Of a DNA stretch of 64,000 nt, positions 20,692 through 30,291 are shown piece after piece. The stretch is from Helicobacteraceae bacterium (lineage in GTDB: Bacteria; Campylobacterota; Campylobacteria; Campylobacterales; SZUA-545), in assembly GCA_031268655.1 (NCBI GenBank), contig JAIRWX010000021.1, positions 4,303 through 68,302 of the forward strand, written 5' to 3'. The notes beneath the pieces were generated by a model that worked only from the letters and a program-made list of their open reading frames with translations, was not told the origin of the DNA and made no database searches. The position numbers and the translations under genes were made by a program. Each line of letters begins with the position of its first letter. The stretch's first letter is position 1.

Positions 20692-21356
20692 TGGCGATCG
20701 ACTGGGCTAAAAATCCGCTTGTGCCCGTAGCGGCGCAAGATTACGACTCAAAAGAGGCGCTGATGATAGCCTACGCCGACAAACAGGCGTACGACCTGAC
20801 GCTGAAAACCGGTTTTGCGCACTACTTTTCGCGCTCTCGCAATCGGATCTGGAAAAAAGGCGAGCAAAGCGGGAACACGCAAAAAATCGTCGACGTTCTG
20901 TGCGACTGCGATCAAGACAGCCTGCTTTATATCGTCGAACAAAAAGGCGCGGCTTGTCATACGGGACACAAAAGCTGTTTTTTCACAAAAGCGGCGAACG
21001 GCGAAATAATCGACGAGCGCATAGCCGATCCCGCGAAGTTGTACGGCGTAGTCGATCGTCTCTACCATACGATCTTGGAGCGCAAAAAAGCCGATCCAAA
21101 CCTCTCCTATGTCGCCTCGCTGTTTATCGGCGGCGAAAACGCGATACTGAAAAAAGTAACCGAAGAGGCTGGCGAGCTGATCTTGTCGGTTAAAGACCGC
21201 GACAAAGAGCAAATTGTACGCGAAGCCGCCGATCTGTTGTTCCATACGCTGATCGCCCTCGCGTCCAAAGAGATCGCGCCCGATCTTATCCGCGCCGAGC
21301 TGACGCGCCGCGAAGGGATAAGCGGCGTTGTCGAAAAGTCTCTAAGAAAGCGCTAG
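20691..21356 (+). CDS. hisIE: Bifunctional phosphoribosyl-AMP cyclohydrolase / phosphoribosyl-ATP pyrophosphatase
   Basis: HisI motif GAACHTGHKSCFF and a HisE helical domain (EEAGELILS, EAADLLFHTLI). The likely GTG start overlaps the upstream stop (TAGTG). The ORF-track start at 20634 is an alternative. Confidence 0.85.
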   Translation: MAIDWAKNPLVPVAAQDYDSKEALMIAYADKQAYDLTLKTGFAHYFSRSRNRIWKKGEQSGNTQKIVDVLCDCDQDSLLYIVEQKGAACHTGHKSCFFTKAANGEIIDERIADPAKLYGVVDRLYHTILERKKADPNLSYVASLFIGGENAILKKVTEEAGELILSVKDRDKEQIVREAADLLFHTLIALASKEIAPDLIRAELTRREGISGVVEKSLRKR

Positions 21357-21358
21357 AG

Positions 21359-21934
21359 GTGCAAGAAAAACTTGCCGACGCGCTCGACAAACTCTCCTCT
21401 AATCCCGAAATAGCCCGCCTGATCGAGTTGTGCGACGAGACGCTATACTCGCTTACAAGCTGGCATATAGCCGTTTTCGGCGCGGCGTTCGCGCTGACAA
21501 TCCTGTGTCTGGTCGCCGCCGTCGCGCTCTCAAGAACGCCGACGCTCTCTCTGATATTGCAGACGATCGCGCTCGGCGTTTTGGTTATCGGACCGATGGC
21601 GGGATACTTCTGGGTTGAACGCCGCTTTAAGCCGACGATCATCGAAAACGTAACGATTATGCCGCTTTACTATCAGGAGAAATCGCTTGTTTTCGGCGAA
21701 GTTGCAAACGCGGGCGATCGTCCGCTAAACGAGTGTCGCGTAAAGGCGATCGCTTACGAGCCGCCAAATGGAACGCTGGACTACCTCTACAAATTGGCGC
21801 GTCCGACGGCGATCGGCGAAACGAAACTGAACGGAGCGATCGATCCAAACGAAAGCCGTCGTTTTGAGATCGAGCTGCGCGGCGCGAAGTACGATCAGAA
21901 TCTTACGCTCTCCATAAGCCTGCGCTGTCGCTAA
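21359..21934 (+). CDS. Hypothetical membrane protein (two TM helices plus C-terminal beta-rich domain)
   Basis: 191-aa ORF starting at GTG 2 nt after hisIE. It has two hydrophobic helices and no catalytic motif. Confidence 0.5.
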   Translation: MQEKLADALDKLSSNPEIARLIELCDETLYSLTSWHIAVFGAAFALTILCLVAAVALSRTPTLSLILQTIALGVLVIGPMAGYFWVERRFKPTIIENVTIMPLYYQEKSLVFGEVANAGDRPLNECRVKAIAYEPPNGTLDYLYKLARPTAIGETKLNGAIDPNESRRFEIELRGAKYDQNLTLSISLRCR

Positions 21935-22325
21935 CGCTTACGGCGGTTACTGAATCGCCAAAATAAACAAGCCAGAAGACGATCGCCCATACCAAGCTTG
22001 TGATTACCAGCGCGACGAAAACGACGGCGCTGCCCGCGTCTTTGGCGGTTTTAGCCAGATCGTGATAATCCTCCGTAACCAGATCGACGACTCGCTCAAT
22101 CGCGCTGTTGATAAGCTCGGCGAATATCGGCAGAAGAAGCGAAACGAATAAAACGGCGCGACGGGTAAACGAAATGTCCCAAACGATCAGGATCGCGCTT
22201 CCTGCGATCAAGAGCAAAATATCCGCCTTCATAGGCGTTTCGTTTCTCGTTACCTCGATTATGCCATGGATAGAGTGCGTGAGATTGCGCCAAAGGCTAA
22301 AGCGGCGCGACTTTTCTCGTTTCAT
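21903..22325 (-). CDS. dgkA: Diacylglycerol kinase (DgkA family)
   Basis: Small 3-TM protein with the ELINSAIERVVD motif. Confidence 0.75.
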   Translation of the reverse strand: MKREKSRRFSLWRNLTHSIHGIIEVTRNETPMKADILLLIAGSAILIVWDISFTRRAVLFVSLLLPIFAELINSAIERVVDLVTEDYHDLAKTAKDAGSAVVFVALVITSLVWAIVFWLVYFGDSVTAVSVSDSAGLWRA

Positions 22326-23041
22326 AGCGTTAACAGTCTGATTCCGTCGTAGATATAGCTAACTCCTATCGCGCCCAGCAAAACTCCGCCTGCGATCTCG
22401 ACATAGCGAAAATAGGGCTTGATCGCGTCTAGCGCGTTCAGCGTCCAAGAGGCGAAAAAAGCTATCAGCAAAAACGGCAGTCCAAGCCCCAGCGAAAACA
22501 GAGACATCAGCGTCGCCGCGTCGCCGCGAGCGCCCTCTTCCAAGCTCATCGTAATGATCGCGCCAAGCACCGGACCCGCGCACGGAGTCCAGCCCAGCGC
22601 GAAACTTACGCCCAGCGCAAAAGGCGATAAAAACGCGGCTTTGGCGGTGAAATTCGCCCGCTTTTGCATATTCAAAAACGGGATATTGATCGCCCGCGCG
22701 AAATGCAATCCAAACGCGACGATAATCGCGCCGCCAATAACGCGCGCCCAAGGATTAACAATCAACCCGCTTAACGCCAGATCGCCAAAAATACCGATCG
22801 CGACAAAAACGCACGAAAAACCCAAGACAAACAAAAACGCCGTCGCCACAAGTTTAGCGTGCTCTTTTACGCCGATCGTTTCGGAGAGCTGAATCTGCTT
22901 AAGCGAAAGCCCCGAAATATAGGATATATAAGAGGGGGCTAGCGCCAAAACGCAAGGAGCCAAAAAGCTTAAAATCCCCGCCGCGAAGCTGACAAAAAAC
23001 GGCGCGGCGGAAAACAGCGAGTATAGCTCCTCCTCAAACAT
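22322..23041 (-). CDS. ccdA: Cytochrome c biogenesis thiol-reductant transporter CcdA/DsbD-like
   Basis: Polytopic membrane protein with conserved cysteines in LAPCVL and TPCAGPVLG. Confidence 0.8.
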   Translation of the reverse strand: MFEEELYSLFSAAPFFVSFAAGILSFLAPCVLALAPSYISYISGLSLKQIQLSETIGVKEHAKLVATAFLFVLGFSCVFVAIGIFGDLALSGLIVNPWARVIGGAIIVAFGLHFARAINIPFLNMQKRANFTAKAAFLSPFALGVSFALGWTPCAGPVLGAIITMSLEEGARGDAATLMSLFSLGLGLPFLLIAFFASWTLNALDAIKPYFRYVEIAGGVLLGAIGVSYIYDGIRLLTL

Positions 23042-23046
23042 ATGCC

Positions 23047-24405
23047 CTACTTCAATTTGCTCAACGCGGGATAGATAAACACAGCCTCCCTCTCGACGCT
23101 GATATTTCGATCGTCCTCGGCATAGGCGCGAATTTGCGCTTTGAACTTCGCGTCCTCCGTCGAATTATCGGCAAGAATTGTATCCGAATACAGGGTAACT
23201 ATCTCTTTGCTCTTCGCGCCGGCGCCAATTTGAAAAGCGCGGCTTGGCGAAAGTATCTTCAATCCTTCGGGCGAAACGACCTCGAAATAGTAGCTGTGAG
23301 GTTTGTCGTCGGTGTTGGCGAACAAAAAGATATAGTCGGCGCTGACGCGATTAACGTCGCCGACCTTTTCAATCTTGTAGAGTCGGCTGGATTTGGTTAT
23401 GTCCAGCAACATTCCCTCTTTTGCGCCGCTCATCGCCAAAACCGCCGTCGCGATCAACGTAAGTAAAACGGCGTAAGCGATCGTTCTGAAGCGCAGAAAA
23501 CGGGTTTTGCCCTCGCCCGCGTCGGCTCTGGCGCTAGTCCACTTGATAAGCGAGGATCTGTTCAATCTGTTCATAACGATTCTACAGGCGTCGGAGCACT
23601 CTAAGCAATTGATGCATTCAAGCTGCAATCCCTTGCGAATATCGATATGCGTAGGGCAAACGAGGACGCACGCGTCGCAGCCCGTACACTCGTCGTTCGC
23701 GCCGAGCGGTTTTTTGCCTATTTTGACCCCGCCGTCAAAAAGTTTGCCGCCGCGCTTTTCGTCGTAGATCGTATAGATCGTGTCCCGATCGTACATTGAA
23801 GACTGAACGCGCACGTAAGGACAGATAACCGCGCAAAATTTCTCGCCCAGAAAGGTTACGTCGAATATCAAAAAAAGCGCGATGATCGTAATCATTCCGA
23901 TCAGGACGGGGTGTTCGGACGGATTTTGAATGTAAACGAAGAACTCTTCCGGCGGCACGAGAAACCAACTGAAATTTGACGCCGCCAAAAACGCTAGCGC
24001 AACCCATATCAAAAACGCCGCCGCTTTTTTTATCTTGTTGATCGGTTTGGAATAATCGATCGCTTTTTGCCTATTGGTTCGTCTGTGCAGACCAAAGATC
24101 AACCCCTCGATCAGATCGCGGTAGATAACGCGATAGATGGTCTGAGGACACCCCCAGCCGCACCATACGCGCCCGCCGATCGTAGTTACGGCAAAGACAA
24201 ACAAAAAGCCGAACATTAACAGAAACGGCATCAGGTAAAATTCCTGCGTATCAAACGCCACGCCGAGCAGTTCAAGTCGTTTGTGATCAAACGACAGCAG
24301 AAATATATGACGATCGTTGATCGTTATGAACGGAACCGCGATTGTCAAAGCGGTGGCAAACGCCATAACGCAATATCGCAACTTGTGGTAAGAAGGTAAG
24401 TTCAA
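23047..24405 (-). CDS. ccoG: Cytochrome c oxidase accessory protein CcoG/FixG (4Fe-4S)
   Basis: CGWGCPQT motif and two ferredoxin-type clusters (CTGCDACVLVCP, CINCLECSDAC). Confidence 0.85.
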   Translation of the reverse strand: MNLPSYHKLRYCVMAFATALTIAVPFITINDRHIFLLSFDHKRLELLGVAFDTQEFYLMPFLLMFGFLFVFAVTTIGGRVWCGWGCPQTIYRVIYRDLIEGLIFGLHRRTNRQKAIDYSKPINKIKKAAAFLIWVALAFLAASNFSWFLVPPEEFFVYIQNPSEHPVLIGMITIIALFLIFDVTFLGEKFCAVICPYVRVQSSMYDRDTIYTIYDEKRGGKLFDGGVKIGKKPLGANDECTGCDACVLVCPTHIDIRKGLQLECINCLECSDACRIVMNRLNRSSLIKWTSARADAGEGKTRFLRFRTIAYAVLLTLIATAVLAMSGAKEGMLLDITKSSRLYKIEKVGDVNRVSADYIFLFANTDDKPHSYYFEVVSPEGLKILSPSRAFQIGAGAKSKEIVTLYSDTILADNSTEDAKFKAQIRAYAEDDRNISVEREAVFIYPALSKLK

Positions 24406-24464
24406 GGCTTGCTCCTTTTAAGATATAGCGATGATTGTACTCGTATTTTAATTATTAAAATTTG

Positions 24465-25574
24465 TTAAGCGCCTAATATTGTATCGACGCGCTCGAATAG
24501 CTGATCGTATGTAAAAACCTCTTTGAAATCTTTAATTCTGCCGCCCGCGGCATTGACGTGTCCGCCGCCGCCAAACAGCTTTGCCGCCGCCGCGCTAACG
24601 TCGAACTTGTCGTTGGCGCGAAGGCTGATCGAACCAAACCTGCCGACGTCGAGAAAAAAGTGGTATTCGGGGCGCTCGCTTAGAAAGGCGTTGCCAAGTA
24701 CGGAGACGTTGCCAATCGCGTACGTCAACAACCCTTTATGCCCGTCGTAATTTACGCTCATGCGATCTCTGTTTTTCACAAGCAATTTCGTTACGAATCT
24801 AGCCGATAGATTATCGATGGAATCGGTCTCGCCGCCGTCTCTCAGATACCGTTTTTTGATGGCTAATATATTATCGTCAAGCTCGATATTCCGATAACCG
24901 TCAAGGTAAAAAAGCGCGTCGCCTAAGACGCTTATGCGATAAGCGCTGTCCTCGTCGCCGAACATTATAGGGTTTATCTCTCTCGAATCTAACGTCAGAC
25001 GATTGAGCGTTTTACCAAACTCAAAGCGGGCGCGATCCTCTTGCAGCCACAGATCGTAGGCGTTCACGCACGCGACGTAGTCGGCTAAGGCTTCATCGGC
25101 GGCGGCTTGCTTGTTTTCGCCGCGATCAACGCACCAATCATATACGATTTTGGTCGCGCACCGCGTTACGTCCAGAAAATACCAATCGAACTCCTTTGCC
25201 AAGGCTTCGCCGCTTTTGTGGTGATCGAGCAGTTGAATCTCTATCTTATGCCCCGCCTCTTTCAGCCGATCGCGGATCTTTTCGACCTGTTTGCAATCCT
25301 CTCTCGTTATGTTCAGATCGCTGATTAGTATGATTTTCTCGTCTCGCGTCGGTTCGCGCTCGATTAGCGATCGAATCAGCGACAGCTTCGCGCCCACCTC
25401 CAAACCGTAGCCGGAGTTAAACCGCTTCGTCTCGCCAAAAAACCGCTTCGCGACCAGATGCGCGCTGTATCCGTCCAGATCGTTGTGCGACAGATGATAA
25501 ACGGCTCTTTTTGGCGGCGCGTTTTTAACTATCTCCAGCTCGTTTAAGCGCTCTCGCAGATCGCTAAAAGTCAT
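24465..25574 (-). CDS. DHH/DHHA1 family phosphoesterase
   Basis: [13 protein letters not shown] and GGGHVNAAG motifs. Confidence 0.75.
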   Translation of the reverse strand: MTFSDLRERLNELEIVKNAPPKRAVYHLSHNDLDGYSAHLVAKRFFGETKRFNSGYGLEVGAKLSLIRSLIEREPTRDEKIILISDLNITREDCKQVEKIRDRLKEAGHKIEIQLLDHHKSGEALAKEFDWYFLDVTRCATKIVYDWCVDRGENKQAAADEALADYVACVNAYDLWLQEDRARFEFGKTLNRLTLDSREINPIMFGDEDSAYRISVLGDALFYLDGYRNIELDDNILAIKKRYLRDGGETDSIDNLSARFVTKLLVKNRDRMSVNYDGHKGLLTYAIGNVSVLGNAFLSERPEYHFFLDVGRFGSISLRANDKFDVSAAAAKLFGGGGHVNAAGGRIKDFKEVFTYDQLFERVDTILGA

Positions 25575-26583
25575 CGAAGTTCAGACTTCCTTTGGAGTAG
25601 TTGCCAACCGTCGCCTCGAAAAAGTTGCTTTTTTGCTCGTTGAACGAGCTGAACTTATCGACCCATTTGATCGGGTGCTGCGCGTTGTACAGCGGTTTAA
25701 GCTGAACGGCTTTCAGTCGATTATCGGTCAGATATTTAATGTACTGATCGATAATCTGATCGGTAAAACCCAAAATGCTGTTATTGGAGATATGCTGTCC
25801 CCACTCAATCTCCAGCTTGGTTGCCTCGTCAAACATCTGATAGGCTTTCTCCTCGATCTCTTTGGAGAACAGATCGGGACGATCTTTACGAAGCGAATTG
25901 AGCATATTCTGAAACATAAGCAGGTGGCTGATCTCGTCGCGCTGAATAAAACGGATCATCTGCGCGCTGCCGAGCATTTTGCCAGCCCGCGCAAGCGTGT
26001 ACATAGCGGTAAACCCGCTGTAAAAATAAACGCCCTCAAGGATTTGCACTGCGTACATAGCCAGTACTTTCATCTCGTCGGTGGGGTTATTGACAAGCGC
26101 GTCGTACACGGAGGCGATGTAGCTGTTTTTCTTGTAGAGCAGCGCGTCTTTGCGCCACATATCGTAGATTTCTTCCGTGTTTTCGCTGATGCTCTCCACC
26201 ATCACGGCGTAACTTGAGCTGTGCAAAGCCTCCTCGAAGCTCTGTCTAGCGACCAGGACGTTGATTTCGGGAGCGGTTATAAAAGGATTTATATTGTCTT
26301 GAAGCTGATTGGTCTGAATGCTGTCCATAAAGATAAGCTGACTTAGCACCAGATCGTACATACGCTTCTCTTCGGCGCTTAAGACCTTATAGTCCTTAGC
26401 GTCCTGCGTCATATCCACCTCTTTTGGAAACCAAGTGTTGGCAAGCATCAAATCCCATAGATTGATCGCCCATTGATACTTTACCTTCGTGAGTTCGACA
26501 AGACCCGTAGGATTGCCCGAAATGATCTTGCGATCGTCAACGCCCTCTTTGGACAGCGGATTGTAAATGATCTTGCGGCTCAT
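25564..26583 (-). CDS. nrdB: Ribonucleotide reductase class Ia beta subunit
   Basis: Di-iron ligand motifs ([15 protein letters not shown]) and a C-terminal acidic tail ending in DDF. Confidence 0.9.
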   Translation of the reverse strand: MSRKIIYNPLSKEGVDDRKIISGNPTGLVELTKVKYQWAINLWDLMLANTWFPKEVDMTQDAKDYKVLSAEEKRMYDLVLSQLIFMDSIQTNQLQDNINPFITAPEINVLVARQSFEEALHSSSYAVMVESISENTEEIYDMWRKDALLYKKNSYIASVYDALVNNPTDEMKVLAMYAVQILEGVYFYSGFTAMYTLARAGKMLGSAQMIRFIQRDEISHLLMFQNMLNSLRKDRPDLFSKEIEEKAYQMFDEATKLEIEWGQHISNNSILGFTDQIIDQYIKYLTDNRLKAVQLKPLYNAQHPIKWVDKFSSFNEQKSNFFEATVGNYSKGSLNFDDF

Positions 26584-26680
26584 CTTCGCCCTCCCCGTAG
26601 AAAATAAGTTATGATCTTATACTACTCAAGGTAAAAAACGCTATTTTTATTATCAATCAAGCGTTAAAAAGGAGCTTTGA

Positions 26681-27388
26681 CTGTATTCGCGTCCGTTCAA
26701 AAGTTTTGCGATCGCCGTAGTCGTTTATCTACCGATGATCGCGGCTTTTTTTCTCTCGTTCAAATCGCTTGATCGCGGTTACGAAAGCGATAGATTAACG
26801 CTTATTCCGCTCAGTCTCTTTGAAGAACGGGCGACGATCGCCGCGCCAATCGAGCCGATCGTTCCCGCCGCCGCGAGCCAAGCGACGATCGGCGCGAACG
26901 ACGCTCCAAATACGGTCGAAGAACAAAACGCGAGCTCGGCGCTAAGTTTGGCGGATCTAAACGCCATATTCGCGCCAAATCCCGCCGCGCCGCAAACGCC
27001 CGCGATGGAAACTTTGCCAAAACGCGAAGCCAAAACGGCGAGCGACGCCGATCTAATCGACCTGTACGGCTTAACGATCTACGATCTGTCGCCGCGAGAA
27101 CGCGAGTTTTTGGAGCAAAATCTTAATCCGATTCAGGTGATTACGCAGCGCTATCTGTGGCGGAGGGGCTATCCGAGTTTAGCCGCGATGAAAAGCATGC
27201 AGGGAGAGGTTGTTCTGGCTTTTACGCTGCAACCAAACGGCGATATATCGACGATCGAGGTTATCAGAAGCTCCGGCTGGAGCTTGCTCGACGATCACGC
27301 CATAGATACTATACGCGTAGCCTACAAGGATTACCCGCATCCTATCGAGTCTGTTCGGGTGCGAATGCGCGTTATTTACCGATTGTAG
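26681..27388 (+). CDS. TonB-family energy transducer (C-terminal TonB domain)
   Basis: Hydrophobic N-terminal helix, Pro/Ala-rich spacer, and a TonB_C-like GEVVLAFTLQPNGDISTIEVIRSSG. The first ATG (26735) would bisect the TM helix. An in-frame CTG at 26681 lies 6 nt after AAGGAG and directly after a TGA stop. Confidence 0.6.
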   Translation: MYSRPFKSFAIAVVVYLPMIAAFFLSFKSLDRGYESDRLTLIPLSLFEERATIAAPIEPIVPAAASQATIGANDAPNTVEEQNASSALSLADLNAIFAPNPAAPQTPAMETLPKREAKTASDADLIDLYGLTIYDLSPREREFLEQNLNPIQVITQRYLWRRGYPSLAAMKSMQGEVVLAFTLQPNGDISTIEVIRSSGWSLLDDHAIDTIRVAYKDYPHPIESVRVRMRVIYRL

Positions 27389-28031
27389 CGAGCGCCAACC
27401 TTAAATCCTCCATCGTCTCTTTTTTAGCGCTTTGATTGGATCGCAGACGTCCTATCGAGTGGCTTGGCACTACGACGGCGCGCTCGAACGCGCAGCGCCA
27501 CAGCCGCCCGCGCGCGGCGGCGATCGGATCGTCCGCGCCGCACAACGCGCTAAACGCCCGCTTGCCCAGCGCGACAATCACGCTTGGCTTCAGCCGCTCC
27601 ACTTCGGCGGCTAAGTAGTCTCTGCACGCCGCCAAAGCCGCTTGTCCGTCCTCGCCAAACGCGTGGCATTTGATCGCCGCCGTTACGTAAACTTCGTCAG
27701 TATCTAATCCCATAGCGCGTTCGATCATATTTTTCAACATCTCTCCGGAGCCGCCGCAAAACCATCTGCCCGCCTCGTCCTCGCGCGCGCTCGGTTCGTC
27801 CGTTACCAGCATAAGCGCGCTCCTCATAGCGCCTACGCCGATCAGCGAATGCGTACGCCGCTTGGATAAAGCGCACAGATGACAGCCCGCGATCATCGCG
27901 TTTAACCGCTTGGGGTCTTGCGGCAGCTCGTCGCGGACGACAATCGGCTCGTCTTGATAATAGCCCGTCCCCAATCGCTGCAGCCGATACAATTTTGAAA
28001 GCCGTTTAAGCAAAACTAACCTGCGTCGCAT
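27372..28031 (-). CDS. Uracil-DNA glycosylase superfamily protein (family 4-like, variant motif A)
   Basis: Fe-S type cysteine pattern (CHLCAL, FCGG, IKCHAF, AACRDY) and the EDEAGRWFCGGSGEML segment typical of family 4 UDGs. The position usually read as GEAPG reads TDEPS here. Confidence 0.6.
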   Translation of the reverse strand: MRRRLVLLKRLSKLYRLQRLGTGYYQDEPIVVRDELPQDPKRLNAMIAGCHLCALSKRRTHSLIGVGAMRSALMLVTDEPSAREDEAGRWFCGGSGEMLKNMIERAMGLDTDEVYVTAAIKCHAFGEDGQAALAACRDYLAAEVERLKPSVIVALGKRAFSALCGADDPIAAARGRLWRCAFERAVVVPSHSIGRLRSNQSAKKETMEDLRLALATIGK

Positions 28032-28109
28032 AAGCGTATTTTACCCGCCGCTTACTGCCGCGCGAAAAGCCGACAAAAGCGAGGCGCGTACAACGGCGAC
28101 GGATCGCGA

Positions 28110-29447
28110 TTACAGATTTTGCCCGAACCAGCGCGAAATATCAGATCTGATCGTGTTGCGAAGCTGAATGCCCGCGACAAAATCGCTGATATGCGCTTTT
28201 TTAAGCAGCGTTACCAGTCCGTTGCGATCCTGCGTCAGATAGGGGTTGTCCACCTGTTCCAAATCGCCCAGAAACACAATGCGCGATCCTTTGCCAAGCC
28301 GCGTGCCAAGCAGTTTGATATCGGCGGTGGAGGCATTTTGCGCTTCATCAAAAATAACGAATTTTCGCGAGATGGTAACGCCGCGCGCGTGCGCCAGATC
28401 GACCATCTCGATGTTGTTTTTCTCCATAAAACGCTTTGTGGCGGCTTTGCTCTCCATCGTGTTTACGTCGCCGCTGTATTCAATCGCGTTTTTGATCGAC
28501 TTTTTGCGAAGCTCCTCGATAATCAGATTGATCGCGCTAAACAGCGGATACATAAAATAGCTCAGTTTTCTCTCCTCGTCGCCGGCGCGATAGCCCAGCC
28601 GCTCGACGCTGGATACCGCTTCGACGGTATTGCGCAGATAGACGATCCCGTCTACGATCTCCCGCTCGCACAGCATAAGTCCCGCCTGTAAAGCCATCAG
28701 CGTTTTACCGCTGCCCGTGCTGCCGCTCACCGCCGTCGCTTTGTTTTGCGGGTGGGTCAGTATGCCGAGCATAAACTTCTGCTCGAGATTGTGCGGCGCG
28801 ACGACAAGCGCAGAGCTTTCGTAGAGTTTGTCGAAATACAGCTCTTCTTTGCGCCCGCCAAGGTCGATATAAAAATGCGGTCGCCCGTCCTCGTCGGACG
28901 TTTCGTATTGCGCCCATTTTGTTTTGCTTGCGTTTAGGCTGTTTGCGCCGTCTTTGTGAAAAAACTCCAGACTTTTATAATCGCTTACCGTATCTTCGTA
29001 GAACGATTCGGTTTTTACGCCCCGCGTAAGCGCGATGATTTTCAGCGAAATATCGTTGGTAATCAATCTAAGTCCGTAGCTTTTTGCGATCTCCAGTATT
29101 TTCAGATCGTTTCGATCGCTTTGCGTCTCGTAACGTTCCCTGTGAATAACAATCAGTTTCAGCCCGCCTTTGTCGCCGCCGCGATCGCAGGCAAACTCGT
29201 AAAAGTAATCGCCCTCTATTATTCCGCCTTTGAACTTGACGCCCGCTTTGGCTACGCTGCCGATAAAGATGCGAAAAAAGGCGCGCGCGAAAAAGCCGAC
29301 GTTAGCGCGTTCGGTCTTTTTGCGATCAAGCTCCTCTAAGATCGCGTCGGTAATATAGAGGCTGTTTTCGCCCTCTTTAGCCAACAGGTAAAGATTATCG
29401 GGATTATCGAGTATGATCGAAGTGTCGATCAAAAAGTGTTTTCGCAA
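28110..29447 (-). CDS. PhoH-like ATPase with N-terminal PIN domain
   Basis: N-terminal PIN-like FLIDTSIILD...ILEELD, a Walker A GSTGSGKT, and a PhoH core (FVIFDEAQN, FLGDLEQVD). Confidence 0.8.
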   Translation of the reverse strand: MRKHFLIDTSIILDNPDNLYLLAKEGENSLYITDAILEELDRKKTERANVGFFARAFFRIFIGSVAKAGVKFKGGIIEGDYFYEFACDRGGDKGGLKLIVIHRERYETQSDRNDLKILEIAKSYGLRLITNDISLKIIALTRGVKTESFYEDTVSDYKSLEFFHKDGANSLNASKTKWAQYETSDEDGRPHFYIDLGGRKEELYFDKLYESSALVVAPHNLEQKFMLGILTHPQNKATAVSGSTGSGKTLMALQAGLMLCEREIVDGIVYLRNTVEAVSSVERLGYRAGDEERKLSYFMYPLFSAINLIIEELRKKSIKNAIEYSGDVNTMESKAATKRFMEKNNIEMVDLAHARGVTISRKFVIFDEAQNASTADIKLLGTRLGKGSRIVFLGDLEQVDNPYLTQDRNGLVTLLKKAHISDFVAGIQLRNTIRSDISRWFGQNL

Positions 29448-30007
29448 CGCGATCCTTCTTGACTTTTATCTTTTTTAGCAATTCTTGTTCCGCTTAACGC
29501 CGCGAAAAGAAGCGCGGCGATCGGAAGCGAAGCGAGCGCGATCAGAAACGGCGCGGGCATAAATCCGCCGTTTGTATGAAGCGCGAAAAAGCCCAGAATC
29601 AACGGGAGATAACCAAGCGCCCTGATCGGCGAAAACGACTTTGCCGCGAAAGCGGCTTTGGTCGCGAACGTTGTTTCGGGCGATTTTTCCTCTTCCGTCG
29701 GATCGCCTTTTGTCTCGTTCGCCTCCGCAAGGTCGCCTGTTAGCGGCGCGTCCTCCTCGTATAACTCCAGCCTATCGTCGATCGCGGACAAAACGCCGTC
29801 GCTTTGCGCCGTAGCGCGCAAAATCGCGGAGCGATAGACGATAAACGAGCCGATCGCCGCGCAATACGATCCAAAAGCCGCCGCGAGCGCGTTAGCCAGC
29901 CACCAAACGCCGCCGACGCAAGTAAGAGCGATCGCGATCGCGATCGCGGCGGCGATAAACAAAAGAGTGAATCGTCCGACGACTCCGTCGTTTGGCGTTA
30001 CGATCAA
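29429..30007 (-). CDS. Hypothetical membrane protein
   Basis: 192 aa with 4 hydrophobic helices separated by an acidic loop. It is translationally coupled to its neighbours. Confidence 0.45.
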   Translation of the reverse strand: MIVTPNDGVVGRFTLLFIAAAIAIAIALTCVGGVWWLANALAAAFGSYCAAIGSFIVYRSAILRATAQSDGVLSAIDDRLELYEEDAPLTGDLAEANETKGDPTEEEKSPETTFATKAAFAAKSFSPIRALGYLPLILGFFALHTNGGFMPAPFLIALASLPIAALLFAALSGTRIAKKDKSQEGSRCENTF

Positions 30008-30291
30008 TCCTCCTCCTCGTCGTCGTCGCGCTCGCTCTGTTTCCGATAGCGCGGATTGTTTTCAAGCTCTTTCATCGATCTGCCGAGTTTTCTAATCGCC
30101 TTGACAAGGTTTAAGATCGCCGCGCTTACGCCCCAAAATACGCCGAGCCACAACAGCCACTCGTAACCGAGCCACGATCGCAAGCCATAGCCGATTCCAA
30201 AGCCAATCGCCACGGCGGCTGCCATCGATAACGCCAAACTCAAATCGCCAGCGCCTTCGATAATCTGCTTGATCGGCGGTTTGTCGCTCAA
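30004..30291 (-). CDS. AtpZ/AtpI-like small membrane protein
   Basis: 95 aa with two helices rich in G/A/W ([31 protein letters not shown]) and an acidic tail DDDEEED. Confidence 0.5.
   Translation of the reverse strand: MSDKPPIKQIIEGAGDLSLALSMAAAVAIGFGIGYGLRSWLGYEWLLWLGVFWGVSAAILNLVKAIRKLGRSMKELENNPRYRKQSERDDDEEED

Noticed and set aside
28110-29447. PIN-PhoH protein considered as a toxin-antitoxin or defence ATPase module.
   Set aside because: It sits in a translationally coupled, host-composition operon with hemL. There is no adjacent small antitoxin-like ORF, and the PIN-PhoH (YlaK-like) architecture is a widespread conserved chromosomal gene.
29928-29947. Triple overlapping GCGATCGCGATCGCGATCGC, considered as a microsatellite or regulatory repeat.
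   Set aside because: It encodes AIAIAIA within a transmembrane helix of the 192-aa membrane protein. I treated it as a local instance of the genome-wide GCGATCGC bias. The same applies to 51154-51167 in cdsA.
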